A DNA stretch of 64,000 nucleotides from contig CBDDEL010000016.1 in NCBI GenBank assembly GCA_965226885.1, positions 288,001 through 352,000 on the forward strand, in the 5' to 3' direction. Positions 1-9,818 of this stretch are shown in pieces; the stretch's first letter is position 1, and the number at the start of each line of letters is the position of its first letter. This stretch comes from Opitutales bacterium (GTDB taxonomy: Bacteria; Verrucomicrobiota; Verrucomicrobiia; Opitutales; UBA2987). Made by a program: the position numbers and the translations under genes. The notes beneath the pieces were generated by a model. The model had not been told where the DNA came from, did no database searches, and was given only the letters and a program-made list of their open reading frames with translations.

Positions 1-1347
1 CTCACCGATACGATCGGGTTTGTCACCATATTGCTGATCAAGATCGAAGTCATCCAGGAACTGGCCAAGTCGGCCAGCCTGGGTGTGGCCACGGTATTTT
101 TCACTACCCTGGTGCTTTTGCCCGTGCTCCTTTCCTATGTCAGACTGAAGCCCGAATATTTGAAAAAGGTGGAGGAGCAAAAAAAATACACCGAAATTTT
201 CGCGAGGAAACTGGCGCGCATTTCGGAACCCCGCATATCCTTGGTCATCATCGTTATAGCGATCGGGCTTTTCGTCGCCGGTTATCGCCGGGCGAGCGAA
301 ATAAAAATCGGCGATCTCAATGCGGGCGTGCCGGAACTGCGCGAGAATTCCCGCTACAACACCGACAGCGCCACCATTACCGACAATTTCACCATCGGAG
401 TGGATTTACTCTCCGTCATTGTGGAAACTGTGCCCGATGGGTGCATTGATTATAACGTCATGTCCAACATGGATCGTTTCGAATGGCATATGCGCAATGT
501 GGAAGGAGTGCAGTCGGTCATTGGGCTGGCCGGATTGGCCAAAGTCATCAATGCCGGTTGGAACGAAGGCAGCCCCAAGTGGCAAATCCTGCCCCGCCAC
601 CCCGCGGTTCTGGCCCAGTCCATCAGCCCTGTCGATACCTCCAGCGGTCTCCTCAACGCCAATTGCGACGTTATGCCGATTCTCATTTTCCTCGAAGATC
701 ACAAAGCCGAAACCATCGAAACGGTGATCATCGCCATCAAAACCTATGCTGCCGAGAACAATAGCGAAAACCCGAAAGTAATCTTCAACCTGGCCAGCGG
801 CAATGTGGGCGTTATGGGGGCCACCAACGAAGTAGTCAGCGCCGCCCAGTTTCCCATCCTGCTCTATGTATTTGCCGCCGTTATCATCCTCTGTCTGCTG
901 GCCTTCCGCTCCTGGAAAGCGGCCTTTTGCATTGTCGTCCCGTTGGCTTTGGTCTCCGTCCTCGCTTATGCCCTCATGCAATACCTCGAAATCGGTTTGA
1001 AAGTTTCCACCCTGCCGGTGGTGGCCCTGGGGGTGGGCGTGGGAGTCGATTACGGCATCTACCTTTTTTCCAGACTGCAAATCCTCCTCCGCACAGGCGC
1101 CCATTTCCAGGATGCCCTGACCCGCGCCTATGAACTGACCGGAAGCGCCGTCGTCTTCACCGGGCTGACCCTGGCCGTCGGCGTCAGCACCTGGATCTTT
1201 TCCGAACTCAAATTCCAGGCCGACATGGGCATCCTGCTCACCTTCATGTTTTTTCTCAACATGCTCGGGGCCATGCTCCTGCTGCCCGCCATCGCCCGCT
1301 GGCTATTCAGACACCGCAGCCAGGCCGAGGCCGGGGAAACGGATTGA
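1..1347 (+). CDS. MMPL/RND-family transporter (5'-truncated by window edge)
   Basis: Frame is open from base 1. Multiple TM segments, the second-repeat motif GVGVDYGIYL and the TGSAVVFTGLTLAVG segment are typical of MMPL/RND permeases. Confidence 0.85.
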   Translation, partial: LTDTIGFVTILLIKIEVIQELAKSASLGVATVFFTTLVLLPVLLSYVRLKPEYLKKVEEQKKYTEIFARKLARISEPRISLVIIVIAIGLFVAGYRRASEIKIGDLNAGVPELRENSRYNTDSATITDNFTIGVDLLSVIVETVPDGCIDYNVMSNMDRFEWHMRNVEGVQSVIGLAGLAKVINAGWNEGSPKWQILPRHPAVLAQSISPVDTSSGLLNANCDVMPILIFLEDHKAETIETVIIAIKTYAAENNSENPKVIFNLASGNVGVMGATNEVVSAAQFPILLYVFAAVIILCLLAFRSWKAAFCIVVPLALVSVLAYALMQYLEIGLKVSTLPVVALGVGVGVDYGIYLFSRLQILLRTGAHFQDALTRAYELTGSAVVFTGLTLAVGVSTWIFSELKFQADMGILLTFMFFLNMLGAMLLLPAIARWLFRHRSQAEAGETD

Positions 1348-1348
1348 T

Positions 1349-2461
1349 TTAAATCACCGATTCGAGTTTGTGGCAGGGCAGGGAGAATGCATCGGCCACG
1401 CCTTGGTAGGTTATTTTGCCCCGCACGATATTGACGCCCATGGCGATTGCCCGATGTTTTTTCACGCATTCGGGAAAACCGGTATTGGCGATCTCCAATA
1501 TATAACGGAAAGTGGCATTGGTCAGGGCCACGGTTGAAGTCTTGGGCACGGCCCCCGGCATATTGGCCACCCCGTAATGGACGACCCCGTCCACTTCGTA
1601 GATCGGATTGTCGTGTGTGGTTGGGTGGATGGTTTCGACACAGCCCCCCTGGTCCACCGCCACATCGATGATGACCGAGCGTTTCTGCATCAAGCCAAGC
1701 ATTTGCCGCGTAATGAGGTTGGGCGCCTTGGCCCCTGGAATGAGGACGGCTCCTATGACCAGGTCGGCCCGCTCTATGGCGCGGCGGATGTTGGCCGGAT
1801 TCGACATAATGGTTTTCACATTGGCCGCCATGACATCGTCCAGATAACGCATCCTGGGCAGGTTAACATCGAGAATGGAAACACGGGCGCCTATTCCGGC
1901 CGCGATTTTGGCCGCATTGGCCCCCACCACCCCGCCACCGAGTATAACCACGTTGGCGGGCTCCACACCGGGCACACCACCGAGCAGCACGCCAATACCG
2001 CCGTGGGGGTGCTCCAGGCAATCCGCCCCCACCTGGATGGACATGCGCCCGGCCACCTCGCTCATGGGAACGAGCAAAGGCAGCGAGCCATCCTCGGCTT
2101 CCACCGTTTCGTAAGCGATCGCAATGCACCCGCTGTTCTGAATGCCTTTGATCAATTCCAGTGAGGCTGCGAAATGAAAATAAGTAAAAACGATCTGGTT
2201 TTCCCGAATCAGGGAATACTCCTCCGGCAAAGGCTCCTTGACCTTGACGATCATATCCGCGACGGCATAGATTTCCGTCGGAGTGTCCACAATCTCGGCC
2301 CCGTAACGCCTAAAATCCCCATCCGAAAAGCCACTTCCGTGCCCGGCCCCGGTTTCCATTAGCACCCGATGCCCGGCCGCCACCAGTAATTCCACCCCGG
2401 CGGGCACCAATGCCACCCTGTTTTCCAAAATTTTTATTTCCTTCGGAGTCCCGACAATCAT
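1349..2461 (-). CDS. ald: alanine dehydrogenase
   Basis: MIVGTPKEIK..ENRV N-terminus, PMSEVAGR, Rossmann GGGVVG, DVAVDQGG, VANMPGAVP. AGGAGG RBS upstream of ATG 2461. Confidence 0.95.
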   Translation of the reverse strand: MIVGTPKEIKILENRVALVPAGVELLVAAGHRVLMETGAGHGSGFSDGDFRRYGAEIVDTPTEIYAVADMIVKVKEPLPEEYSLIRENQIVFTYFHFAASLELIKGIQNSGCIAIAYETVEAEDGSLPLLVPMSEVAGRMSIQVGADCLEHPHGGIGVLLGGVPGVEPANVVILGGGVVGANAAKIAAGIGARVSILDVNLPRMRYLDDVMAANVKTIMSNPANIRRAIERADLVIGAVLIPGAKAPNLITRQMLGLMQKRSVIIDVAVDQGGCVETIHPTTHDNPIYEVDGVVHYGVANMPGAVPKTSTVALTNATFRYILEIANTGFPECVKKHRAIAMGVNIVRGKITYQGVADAFSLPCHKLESVI

Positions 2462-2554
2462 AATCAACCTCCTCTAAAAGTAGTAGTTGTATTTATTTTG
2501 GCAAAAGTAAGGGACAAATTGGAAATTCTGTAAATCTCCTTTTTCACCAGAAAA

Positions 2555-3565
2555 ATGAATAAAATTCTCGCTATCCGGTTCAAGTATTTGGGGGACGTGG
2601 CGGTCACCATTCCGGCCCTGCGGGCGATTGTGGAAAAGCTGCCCAATGCGGAACTTCATGTGGTGGTGGCCGAGGAGGCTGTGCCCCTTTTGCGGCATCT
2701 CCCCTGGATTGACCGGTTGTGGGCCTTCCCGCGCGCGAGGGGGAAAGCCCGGTTGCGGCGCTCCCTGCCCCTCATTCGGGAATTGCGCCGGGAGCGTTTC
2801 GATATTTCCATAGATTTTTCGGGCAATGACCGGGGCGCCATTTTAAGCCTGCTGGCGGGCTCCAAACTACGGGTCGGCCCCATCGCGCCAAGAGGGTTTT
2901 TTGGCAGGAAGCATTGTTATCACCGGCCGGTTGAGGAATTGCCCTATTATCATCATGAACTGATTCGCAATTTTCACCTGGTCACTTTCTTGGGCATTGC
3001 ATCCCCGGAAAAACCGCAATTGGAAATGCGCTCCGATCCCACCCTGGCGGAGAAAGCGCAAGCGCTGCTGGGCGATCATGAATACATCTGCCACCTTTCC
3101 ACCAGCCGCGAAAAGAAGGAGTGGCCGCTGGACAACTGGATTCAATTATTCCACAAAGCCGCTGCCACCGGCGCCAAGCTCATATTTTCCAGCGGTCCGG
3201 CCGAACGCGAGCAATCCCTGCTCAAGAACCTTTTGGGAATGGACCCTTCATTGCCGGTCCTTCCGCTCACTGAGTCCCTCGATTTGTTTCTGGCCGTTTT
3301 GAATAAAGCCAGGGGATTTATTTCGGGAGACACCGGCCCGCTGCATTTCGCCGCCGGATTGGGAGTTCCCACCATCGGCATGTTCGGCCCTACCGACAGT
3401 GGACGCTGGGCCCCGCCCGGCCTCATCCATCAAAGTGTGCAAGGCGGGTTCTGCCCTTGCAGCGGGCACGCCTCCACTTGCCGGTATGAAAAACCATGCA
3501 TAGAAAAAATCATCCCGGATCAAATCTTTGAATGCTTCCAGAAAATGAGGAGCGTGGAAGAATAG
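2555..3565 (+). CDS. glycosyltransferase family 9 (LPS heptosyltransferase-like)
   Basis: KILAIRFKYLGDV N-terminus and DTGPLHFAAGLGVPTIGMFGPT motif. Adjacent to waaP-like gene. Confidence 0.9.
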   Translation: MNKILAIRFKYLGDVAVTIPALRAIVEKLPNAELHVVVAEEAVPLLRHLPWIDRLWAFPRARGKARLRRSLPLIRELRRERFDISIDFSGNDRGAILSLLAGSKLRVGPIAPRGFFGRKHCYHRPVEELPYYHHELIRNFHLVTFLGIASPEKPQLEMRSDPTLAEKAQALLGDHEYICHLSTSREKKEWPLDNWIQLFHKAAATGAKLIFSSGPAEREQSLLKNLLGMDPSLPVLPLTESLDLFLAVLNKARGFISGDTGPLHFAAGLGVPTIGMFGPTDSGRWAPPGLIHQSVQGGFCPCSGHASTCRYEKPCIEKIIPDQIFECFQKMRSVEE

Positions 3566-3587
3566 GGCCTGTAAACACTTTCTAAAC

Positions 3588-4430
3588 TTGCTACTGGAAC
3601 TCTCACCTTTTCTTCAGAAAAATCTGCCCCATGGAGTGGATCAGTTTGACCGTTTGATGGAGTGGCCGGGCGAAATTTTCAGGCAGTTGGCCAACCGGCG
3701 AACGTTACGATTCGAAATCGGGAACAGGTCTTTTTTTCTAAAGGCCCACCGGGGTGTTGGCTGGGGGGAAATTTTTAAAAGCCTGTTAAACTTAAATCTG
3801 CCTGTGACAAGTGCCCGCAATGAATACGAAGCCATCAAAGCGGTGCAGAAAACGGGTGTGGCCACGCTGCAAATTGCCGGATTCGGCATTCGCGGGCTCA
3901 ATCCGGCGGCCCGGGAATCATTCCTCATCACGGAGGAACTGAAAAACAAAATCAAGCTGGCCCATATCGAGGAACATTGGATTCATCTGCCTAAAGAGCA
4001 AATTTTCCTCATTCGCTCAATCCTACTCAAGGAGGCGGCCGTGCTGGCTTCAAAAATTCACCGTCACGGCCTCAATCATCGGGATTTTTATCTGGACCAC
4101 CTAATGGTCGAAAACCGCGATTGGGCCGAGTGCCGGAATGGAGAACCTATAACGCTCCACCTCATCGACCTGCATCGTATGCAGAAAAGGGGTAAAGTCC
4201 CCCGGCGCTGGCTGATAAAGGATCTGGGAGGCCTGCTTTTTTCCGCCATGCACCTGGAATTGACGACTGCGGAACTGGCCCTGTTTATCAGGTATTACAG
4301 CGGTCGCCCGGCGGGCCGCGAACTGAAGGCAAACCCCTTATTCTGGAAAAAAGTCCTGCTCAGGGCCATCCGCATGTATAAAAAACATTACGGGAAAACC
4401 CCGCCCTTGCCTCCTCAATTCAAACCCTGA
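3588..4430 (+). CDS. rfaP: LPS core heptose(I) kinase
   Basis: RRTLRFE, FLKAHRGVGWGEIFK, NHRDFYL.H, LIDLHR and RWLIKDLGGLLFS match WaaP/RfaP. Confidence 0.88.
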   Translation: MLLELSPFLQKNLPHGVDQFDRLMEWPGEIFRQLANRRTLRFEIGNRSFFLKAHRGVGWGEIFKSLLNLNLPVTSARNEYEAIKAVQKTGVATLQIAGFGIRGLNPAARESFLITEELKNKIKLAHIEEHWIHLPKEQIFLIRSILLKEAAVLASKIHRHGLNHRDFYLDHLMVENRDWAECRNGEPITLHLIDLHRMQKRGKVPRRWLIKDLGGLLFSAMHLELTTAELALFIRYYSGRPAGRELKANPLFWKKVLLRAIRMYKKHYGKTPPLPPQFKP

Positions 4431-4492
4431 AACAAGATCGCGGAGGTCACGGAGAAATATAGTGAATCAGTTTTGGCGGCGCCTCCGGGCAA

Positions 4493-4540
4493 TTTGTCAA
4501 ACTGCGGGTTCCATTGTTTGTCAAACTGCGGGTTCCATTG
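4493..4540. repeat. perfect tandem duplication 2 x 24 bp
   Basis: TTTGTCAAACTGCGGGTTCCATTG twice, intergenic. Confidence 0.95.
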
Positions 4541-4575
4541 TTGTAATACTGGTTTAAACTGTTAACTATAGGCTT

Positions 4576-5940
4576 ATGCTTAAATTCATCGGATTGGAAA
4601 AGGGGCTGGTATTTTTTAAAAAAATCTCGGTGGGCTTGCTGGCCGCTTTTGTTTTTGGCGGCGGGCTGCAAGCCGGTGGGGTGAAAGACCTCGTGCGTGA
4701 GCGGGTGGATGCCGAATACGCCAGCCTGGAAACTCTTTACAAACATTTTCATACCCATCCGGAACTATCCAACCAGGAGACGGAATCGGCCAAACGAATT
4801 GCCAGCGAGTTGCGCAAGGCTGGTTACGAAGTTACGGAGGGCTTTGCCGGGACCGGCCTGGTGGCTATTTTGCAAAACGGGGAAGGCCCTACCGTACTCT
4901 TGCGCGCCGACATGGATGGATTGCCCGTGCGTGAGCAAACCGGTCTGGATTACGCCAGCACGATAAAAAGGATGGACCCGGACGGAAACGAAGTTTACGC
5001 CATGCACGCTTGCGGTCATGACGTGCACATGACGGTGTTGGTGGGGGCCGCGCGGGTGCTTTCCTCCCTCCGGGATCACTGGCAGGGGACGCTGGTTTTA
5101 ATCGGCCAGCCAGCGGAAGAAATCGGGCAAGGCGCCAAGGCCATGCTTAAAGCGGGTATATTTGAAAAATTTCCAGTGCCCGATTACGCCTTTGCCTTTC
5201 ATGTAAATGCCAGCCAGCCAGCGGGAAAAATCGGCTATGTGAGCGGGTACGCCCTGGCTAATGTCGATTCCATGGACATTTATGTCAAAGGCGTCGGGGG
5301 CCACGGAGCCTGGCCGCATGCAACGAAGGATCCGATAGTATTGGCCAGCCGGATTGTGACCTCCCTGCAGACCATTGTCAGCCGGGAGACCTCGCCCCTG
5401 GACTCCGTGGTTGTGACAGTGGGGTCCATTCATGGCGGAACGAAGCACAACGTCATCCCCGACGAGGTGCATTTGCAGTTAACCATCCGTACTTACTCCG
5501 ATAAGTCCAGGACTAGCACCATCGCAGCCATTCGCCGTATCGTGGAGGGGCAGGCCCTGGCGGCGGGTTTGCCCAAAGACCTTTATCCCGAAGCCGTCCT
5601 CATGGATCAATACACCCCAGCCCTCTATAACGACCCCGAACTGGCCGGTCGGCTGGCCGGAACTTTGACTAACTGGATAGGGGAAGGCAATGTGGTTGCG
5701 GTGGATCCGGTTATGGGCGGGGAAGATTTTGGTCGATACGGGAGAACCGAACATGAGGTGCCCATCAACCTGTTTTGGCTGGGCGCCGTCGAACCGGATA
5801 AATGGCGGCAGAGCCAGGAGCAGGGAACCGCCCTGCCCTCCCTGCACTCATCCCTTTTTGCCCCGTTGCCCGAGCCCACCATCCGCACGGGCGTTATAGG
5901 CATGGCCGCGGTTGTCCTGGATTTGGCTCCACCTCGTTAA
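4576..5940 (+). CDS. M20D-family amidohydrolase, probably exported
   Basis: HPELS, LRADMDGLP, MHACGHDVH, QPAEE, GGHGA.PH, MGGEDF and LHS motifs. Hydrophobic N-terminus; start codon uncertain. Confidence 0.9.
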   Translation: MLKFIGLEKGLVFFKKISVGLLAAFVFGGGLQAGGVKDLVRERVDAEYASLETLYKHFHTHPELSNQETESAKRIASELRKAGYEVTEGFAGTGLVAILQNGEGPTVLLRADMDGLPVREQTGLDYASTIKRMDPDGNEVYAMHACGHDVHMTVLVGAARVLSSLRDHWQGTLVLIGQPAEEIGQGAKAMLKAGIFEKFPVPDYAFAFHVNASQPAGKIGYVSGYALANVDSMDIYVKGVGGHGAWPHATKDPIVLASRIVTSLQTIVSRETSPLDSVVVTVGSIHGGTKHNVIPDEVHLQLTIRTYSDKSRTSTIAAIRRIVEGQALAAGLPKDLYPEAVLMDQYTPALYNDPELAGRLAGTLTNWIGEGNVVAVDPVMGGEDFGRYGRTEHEVPINLFWLGAVEPDKWRQSQEQGTALPSLHSSLFAPLPEPTIRTGVIGMAAVVLDLAPPR

Positions 5941-6053
5941 TTGCGCGCTTTTCCATTCAGGTCGATGTTGATTTAGCGGGCTTTTATTGCTGGTTTTAAT
6001 AAATTTCTGTGGTAACCTTTTTCCTGAACCTACCTGAATAAACTTTCTGCGAT

Positions 6054-6512
6054 ATGAGTTCAGATGTCCTCGAGTCAACCCATGGGGAACCGATATGGCA
6101 GCTTTCCGTTTTTGCCGACAACAAGGTGGGCCGGCTTAACGACCTGCTCAAGCTGTTAAGTGCCCATGATTTACATGTCATGGCTTTGAGTACGCAGGAT
6201 ACCACCGATAGCACCATTATCCGCCTTGTCCTTGATTATCCAATAAATGCGCGAAGCCTGCTGAAAGAAAAAGGGTATTTTTTCACCCAATGTCAGGTTG
6301 TGGGGGTGGAGTTCGATAGTGAATCGAAAATCAAAGAGATCACGGCAGCCCTCTTGCAAGCGGAGATCAATATCTACTACGTCTATCCCTTTATCATGCG
6401 CCCTAATGGGAAGTGCGCGCTCGTCATCAGCCTGGAAGATATCGATATGGCATCCGATGTCCTTCAAGAGTATCAATTCAAGGTGCTCAGCCAGTCCGAT
6501 ATTACGCGCTGA
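6054..6512 (+). CDS. tandem ACT-domain protein
   Basis: QLSVFADNKVGRL and EINIYYVYPF pattern of the two-ACT-domain family. Confidence 0.8.
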   Translation: MSSDVLESTHGEPIWQLSVFADNKVGRLNDLLKLLSAHDLHVMALSTQDTTDSTIIRLVLDYPINARSLLKEKGYFFTQCQVVGVEFDSESKIKEITAALLQAEINIYYVYPFIMRPNGKCALVISLEDIDMASDVLQEYQFKVLSQSDITR

Positions 6513-7131
6513 TCTAAATCAAGCTATTTGCTTGTCATCACGAAAACCCCGTCCCAGTCCTCACCCGGCGGGTTGGCTTTCATGCTCACAGTTCTCTCTA
6601 TAAAGACAACCGAGGGGGTGGTTGGGGCGTAAGGATTTAATTCGGGCCGGTTGGGTTCCAGCCGGGACGCCTCTTCAAAAAGTTCGATCGCTTTGTCCCA
6701 ATTTTGCGCAAGGTAGTTTTTCATCGCTTCATCGTAAACACCCAGGCACTGGAAGGCTTCTTCGCTCATATCTTCACGTAAACCCATGATCTCGTGCATT
6801 TCCGCTGGCTGGGTGCGGCCTTTGACGATAATTTTATCCAGGAAACGAAAAACGCAAGCATCGCCAAACTTTTCCGCCTCCTCTTTGGTTTCCCCCGTTA
6901 CCATGGTGTAAACGCCATAGGCTTTGGCTCCGCTTTCGCAGCGGGCGGCCAGGTTCACGGTGTCCCCCATCATGGTGTAGTTGAAGCGTTTTTCCGAGCC
7001 CATGTTGCCGACCGTGGCAGGCCCCGTGTTGACGCCCATGCGGGTTTGCATCTGGCTCACGATGGGCGGCCATTTGTCCCCCTCGGTCTTCCATTTTTCC
7101 CTCAGCTCGACCTGCATTTTCTGCATCAGTT

Positions 7132-7151
7132 GGGAAGACACGGGAAGACAC
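7132..7151. repeat. perfect tandem duplication 2 x 10 bp (frameshifts the cyclase)
   Basis: GGGAAGACAC twice. Confidence 0.9.
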
Positions 7152-8323
7152 GCAAGCCTTCAGGGCATGGTCCTTCAATTCCACCGGAGCATTAAAAATA
7201 CCCACGATGGCATCGCCGATGTATTTGTCCACATAACAACCCTCGTCCATCAGAATATCGGTCATAGCGGTGAGGTATTCATTCATCAGGTCAACGAGTT
7301 GTTCGGGGCTCAGTTTTTCGGAAAATGCGGAGAAGCTTTGCACGTCGCTGAAATAGGCGGAGACTTCCGCCGTTTTTCCGCCCAACTGGGGCTCATCGCC
7401 CGATTCGATCATGCTGGTGACCAGTTCCGGCGACAGATAGGTGCCGAACATGCCTTTAATGCGGCCCTTCTGCTTTTCTTCGATCAGCAGTTGCACCATG
7501 GCGCCGATGAGGCTGGCGGATATGGCGGAACCGAAAGGGGTAATCAATGGTATGACGCGGTGATATTCCGTGAATTGCCAGAAAACAATAAAAACGTAGC
7601 CGAGGAGGAAAAGGCCGCCCCCCAATTTTGCGGTGGTGCCGCTCTTTCCCGTTGTGGTAACCATCATAGCCACCAGGACGGTCAGCAAAAAAGTCAGCGC
7701 AATTTTTACCCACCGGGGCATCCTCTGGATATAGAGCCCTGAAAAAATCGTTTTGACCACATTGCCGTGCACCCCGACCTTGGGCACCGGGCTGTCGTCA
7801 AAGGGGCTTGGAGCAATGTCCTGCAAGAGGGGATCGGTCGGGCCTATCATTACGATGGCATCGTTGAAATCCGAGAAAAATCTCTCCGCCTCGGCCTTTT
7901 GTTCTTCATCACCCTCGCTTAACAAGGCGAAAGCCTGGGCTACCGTGAACATGCCGTAACGGGTATTCTTTTCGGAATACCATTTGGAGAAATAATTCAC
8001 CTCCAGCATCTGCTTTTCCCACACTGGAATATTGATGAGAATATTGCCTTCCCCATCCACCATTTCAATACGGTCGTCATAGCGTTTAATCGAATCAGTG
8101 GGCAAACCGTAGCTCGCTCGCGCCAGTTGCAGGGCAATCTGGTAATAGGTCAGAGTTTTGCTGAAGGGACCGGCGTCGAGGTAAGTTTCGGCAAACATAG
8201 GCACCCAGCGAGGGATTTGCCCTCCGCTCAGGTTGACGTCCACATTGATCAGTCCCATCTGCTCGATATTGATGTGCACTGGAAAAAGTGGACACGAGAT
8301 TCTCCTAAATGGAGAATCGAAGC

Positions 8324-8620
8324 ATGGGAAGAAGACGCTTTAGTATAGAGTTCAAAAATGAGGCAGTTCAACTGATGATACTCGATGGTCTGAGCGCCAC
8401 CGAGGTATCGACCAAACTTGGGGTCAACACCAACCAATTGTATAGGTGGAAGAGGCTCTATCTGGACGATCAGCAGGGCGAAGCCACCTCAAAGCGACAG
8501 AGCAGTCCGAAGGAGATGGCGGCCGAGATAGATCGTCTTCGCAAAGAGCTGCGCCGCTCGGAGCGGATCAACCAGATACTAAAAAAAACGGTGGGCTACT
8601 TTGCCAAGGACGAACAATGA
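8324..8620 (+). CDS. IS3 transposase OrfA
   Basis: [16 protein letters not shown] and leucine zipper. A8C slippery run near 8581; stop overlaps the orfB ATG (ATGA). Confidence 0.9.
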   Translation: MGRRRFSIEFKNEAVQLMILDGLSATEVSTKLGVNTNQLYRWKRLYLDDQQGEATSKRQSSPKEMAAEIDRLRKELRRSERINQILKKTVGYFAKDEQ

Positions 8621-9534
8621 AGTACCAGTTTGTCAAAGACAACGAGGGGCGCTTCAAGATCGAGGAAATATGCTCGGCGATGGGGATTTGTCGCAGTGGC
8701 TATTACTGCTGGAGGCACCGAGCGCCCTCGGCCCGGCGGATCGAGGACGAGGGAATCAAGGGGGCGATCCTGAAGGTACACAAAGAGGCCAAGGGCCGCT
8801 ATGGGCATCGGCCAATGCACCGCCATCTGAAGGATGATGAGGGCATCGATTGCGGCCGTGACCGGGCTCTGCGTCTGATGCGTGAAATGGGAATCAAAAG
8901 CACCCAGAGTAAACGCTTTAAGCCATTAAAAACCAACAGTAACCATCCCTATGGTTACAGCCCCAATGTGCTTAAAAAGCATGGCCAGCCGACCCATATC
9001 GACGAGGTCTGGGTGGCGGACACGACCTACCTACGGACCCTGGCCGGTTGGATGTACTTGGCCACGGTGATGGACCTGTTCAGCCGACGCCTGCTGGGCT
9101 GGAGCGTTTCCAACCACAACGACGCGAAGCTGGTTGGCAAGGCCCTCAAAGCCGCGGCCATGACCCGCGGCACACTGCGCACCGGGATTATTCATCACAG
9201 CGATCGGGGCAGCCCCTACGCCAGCGACGACTATCAGAGGCTGGTCTCTGAACTAGGCATGAAGCCGAGCATGAGCGCCCAAGGCAACTGCTACGACAAC
9301 GCGGCCATGGAATCGTTCTACGGCCGCTTCAAGACCAGCACGATTCGAGGCCGCCACTTTGCCGACGAGCGCGAACTGCGATCAACTGTCTTCGAATACG
9401 TGGAAATCTTCTACAACCGATATCGCAAACATTCCTCTCTGAGTTACCAAAGCCCAGTCCAATTCGAGGAAAATATTTGCCCCCCATGGGGGGCAACGAG
9501 AAAACAAAACCCTTTACCAAAACAAGCCGCCTGA
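8617..9534 (+). CDS. IS3 transposase OrfB (rve/DDE)
   Basis: WVADTTY, HHSDRGS.Y, GNCYDNAAMESF. Confidence 0.93.
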   Translation: MKYQFVKDNEGRFKIEEICSAMGICRSGYYCWRHRAPSARRIEDEGIKGAILKVHKEAKGRYGHRPMHRHLKDDEGIDCGRDRALRLMREMGIKSTQSKRFKPLKTNSNHPYGYSPNVLKKHGQPTHIDEVWVADTTYLRTLAGWMYLATVMDLFSRRLLGWSVSNHNDAKLVGKALKAAAMTRGTLRTGIIHHSDRGSPYASDDYQRLVSELGMKPSMSAQGNCYDNAAMESFYGRFKTSTIRGRHFADERELRSTVFEYVEIFYNRYRKHSSLSYQSPVQFEENICPPWGATRKQNPLPKQAA

Positions 9535-9818
9535 CACACTAATCAATAAACAATGAATATAAGAGAATCCCGTGTCCAACAAATCCAGTACACGTCAATA
9601 TCGACAAACCTGGGGTGAGGCGTTTCCGGAAGATCATTCGTTTTCAAGTCGTAGCGATCCCCCATCAGATAAATAAGCGGCACCTCGTCGCCTTCCGAAT
9701 AAGCGGTGGCCAGGATTATGTTGGGGTAGTAGCGGGTAACATTGGCAAATTCCTGCACATCCATATCAACCAATTCCTGCGGAACCAGGATAGAGGCGGC
9801 GAATTTCGACATGACTAA

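Larger units (their letters stand above)
8270..9597 (+). mobile_element. IS3-family element type A, copy 1 (1328 bp)
   Basis: TG...CA ends, about 35-bp imperfect IRs (TGATGTGCACTGG.../TGACGTGTACTGG...), 4-bp TSD ATAT, orfA/orfB layout. Confidence 0.96.

Noticed and set aside
4493..4540. 24-26 bp repeats as a CRISPR array
   Set aside because: Units are directly adjacent with no spacers, differ from site to site, and no cas genes are present.
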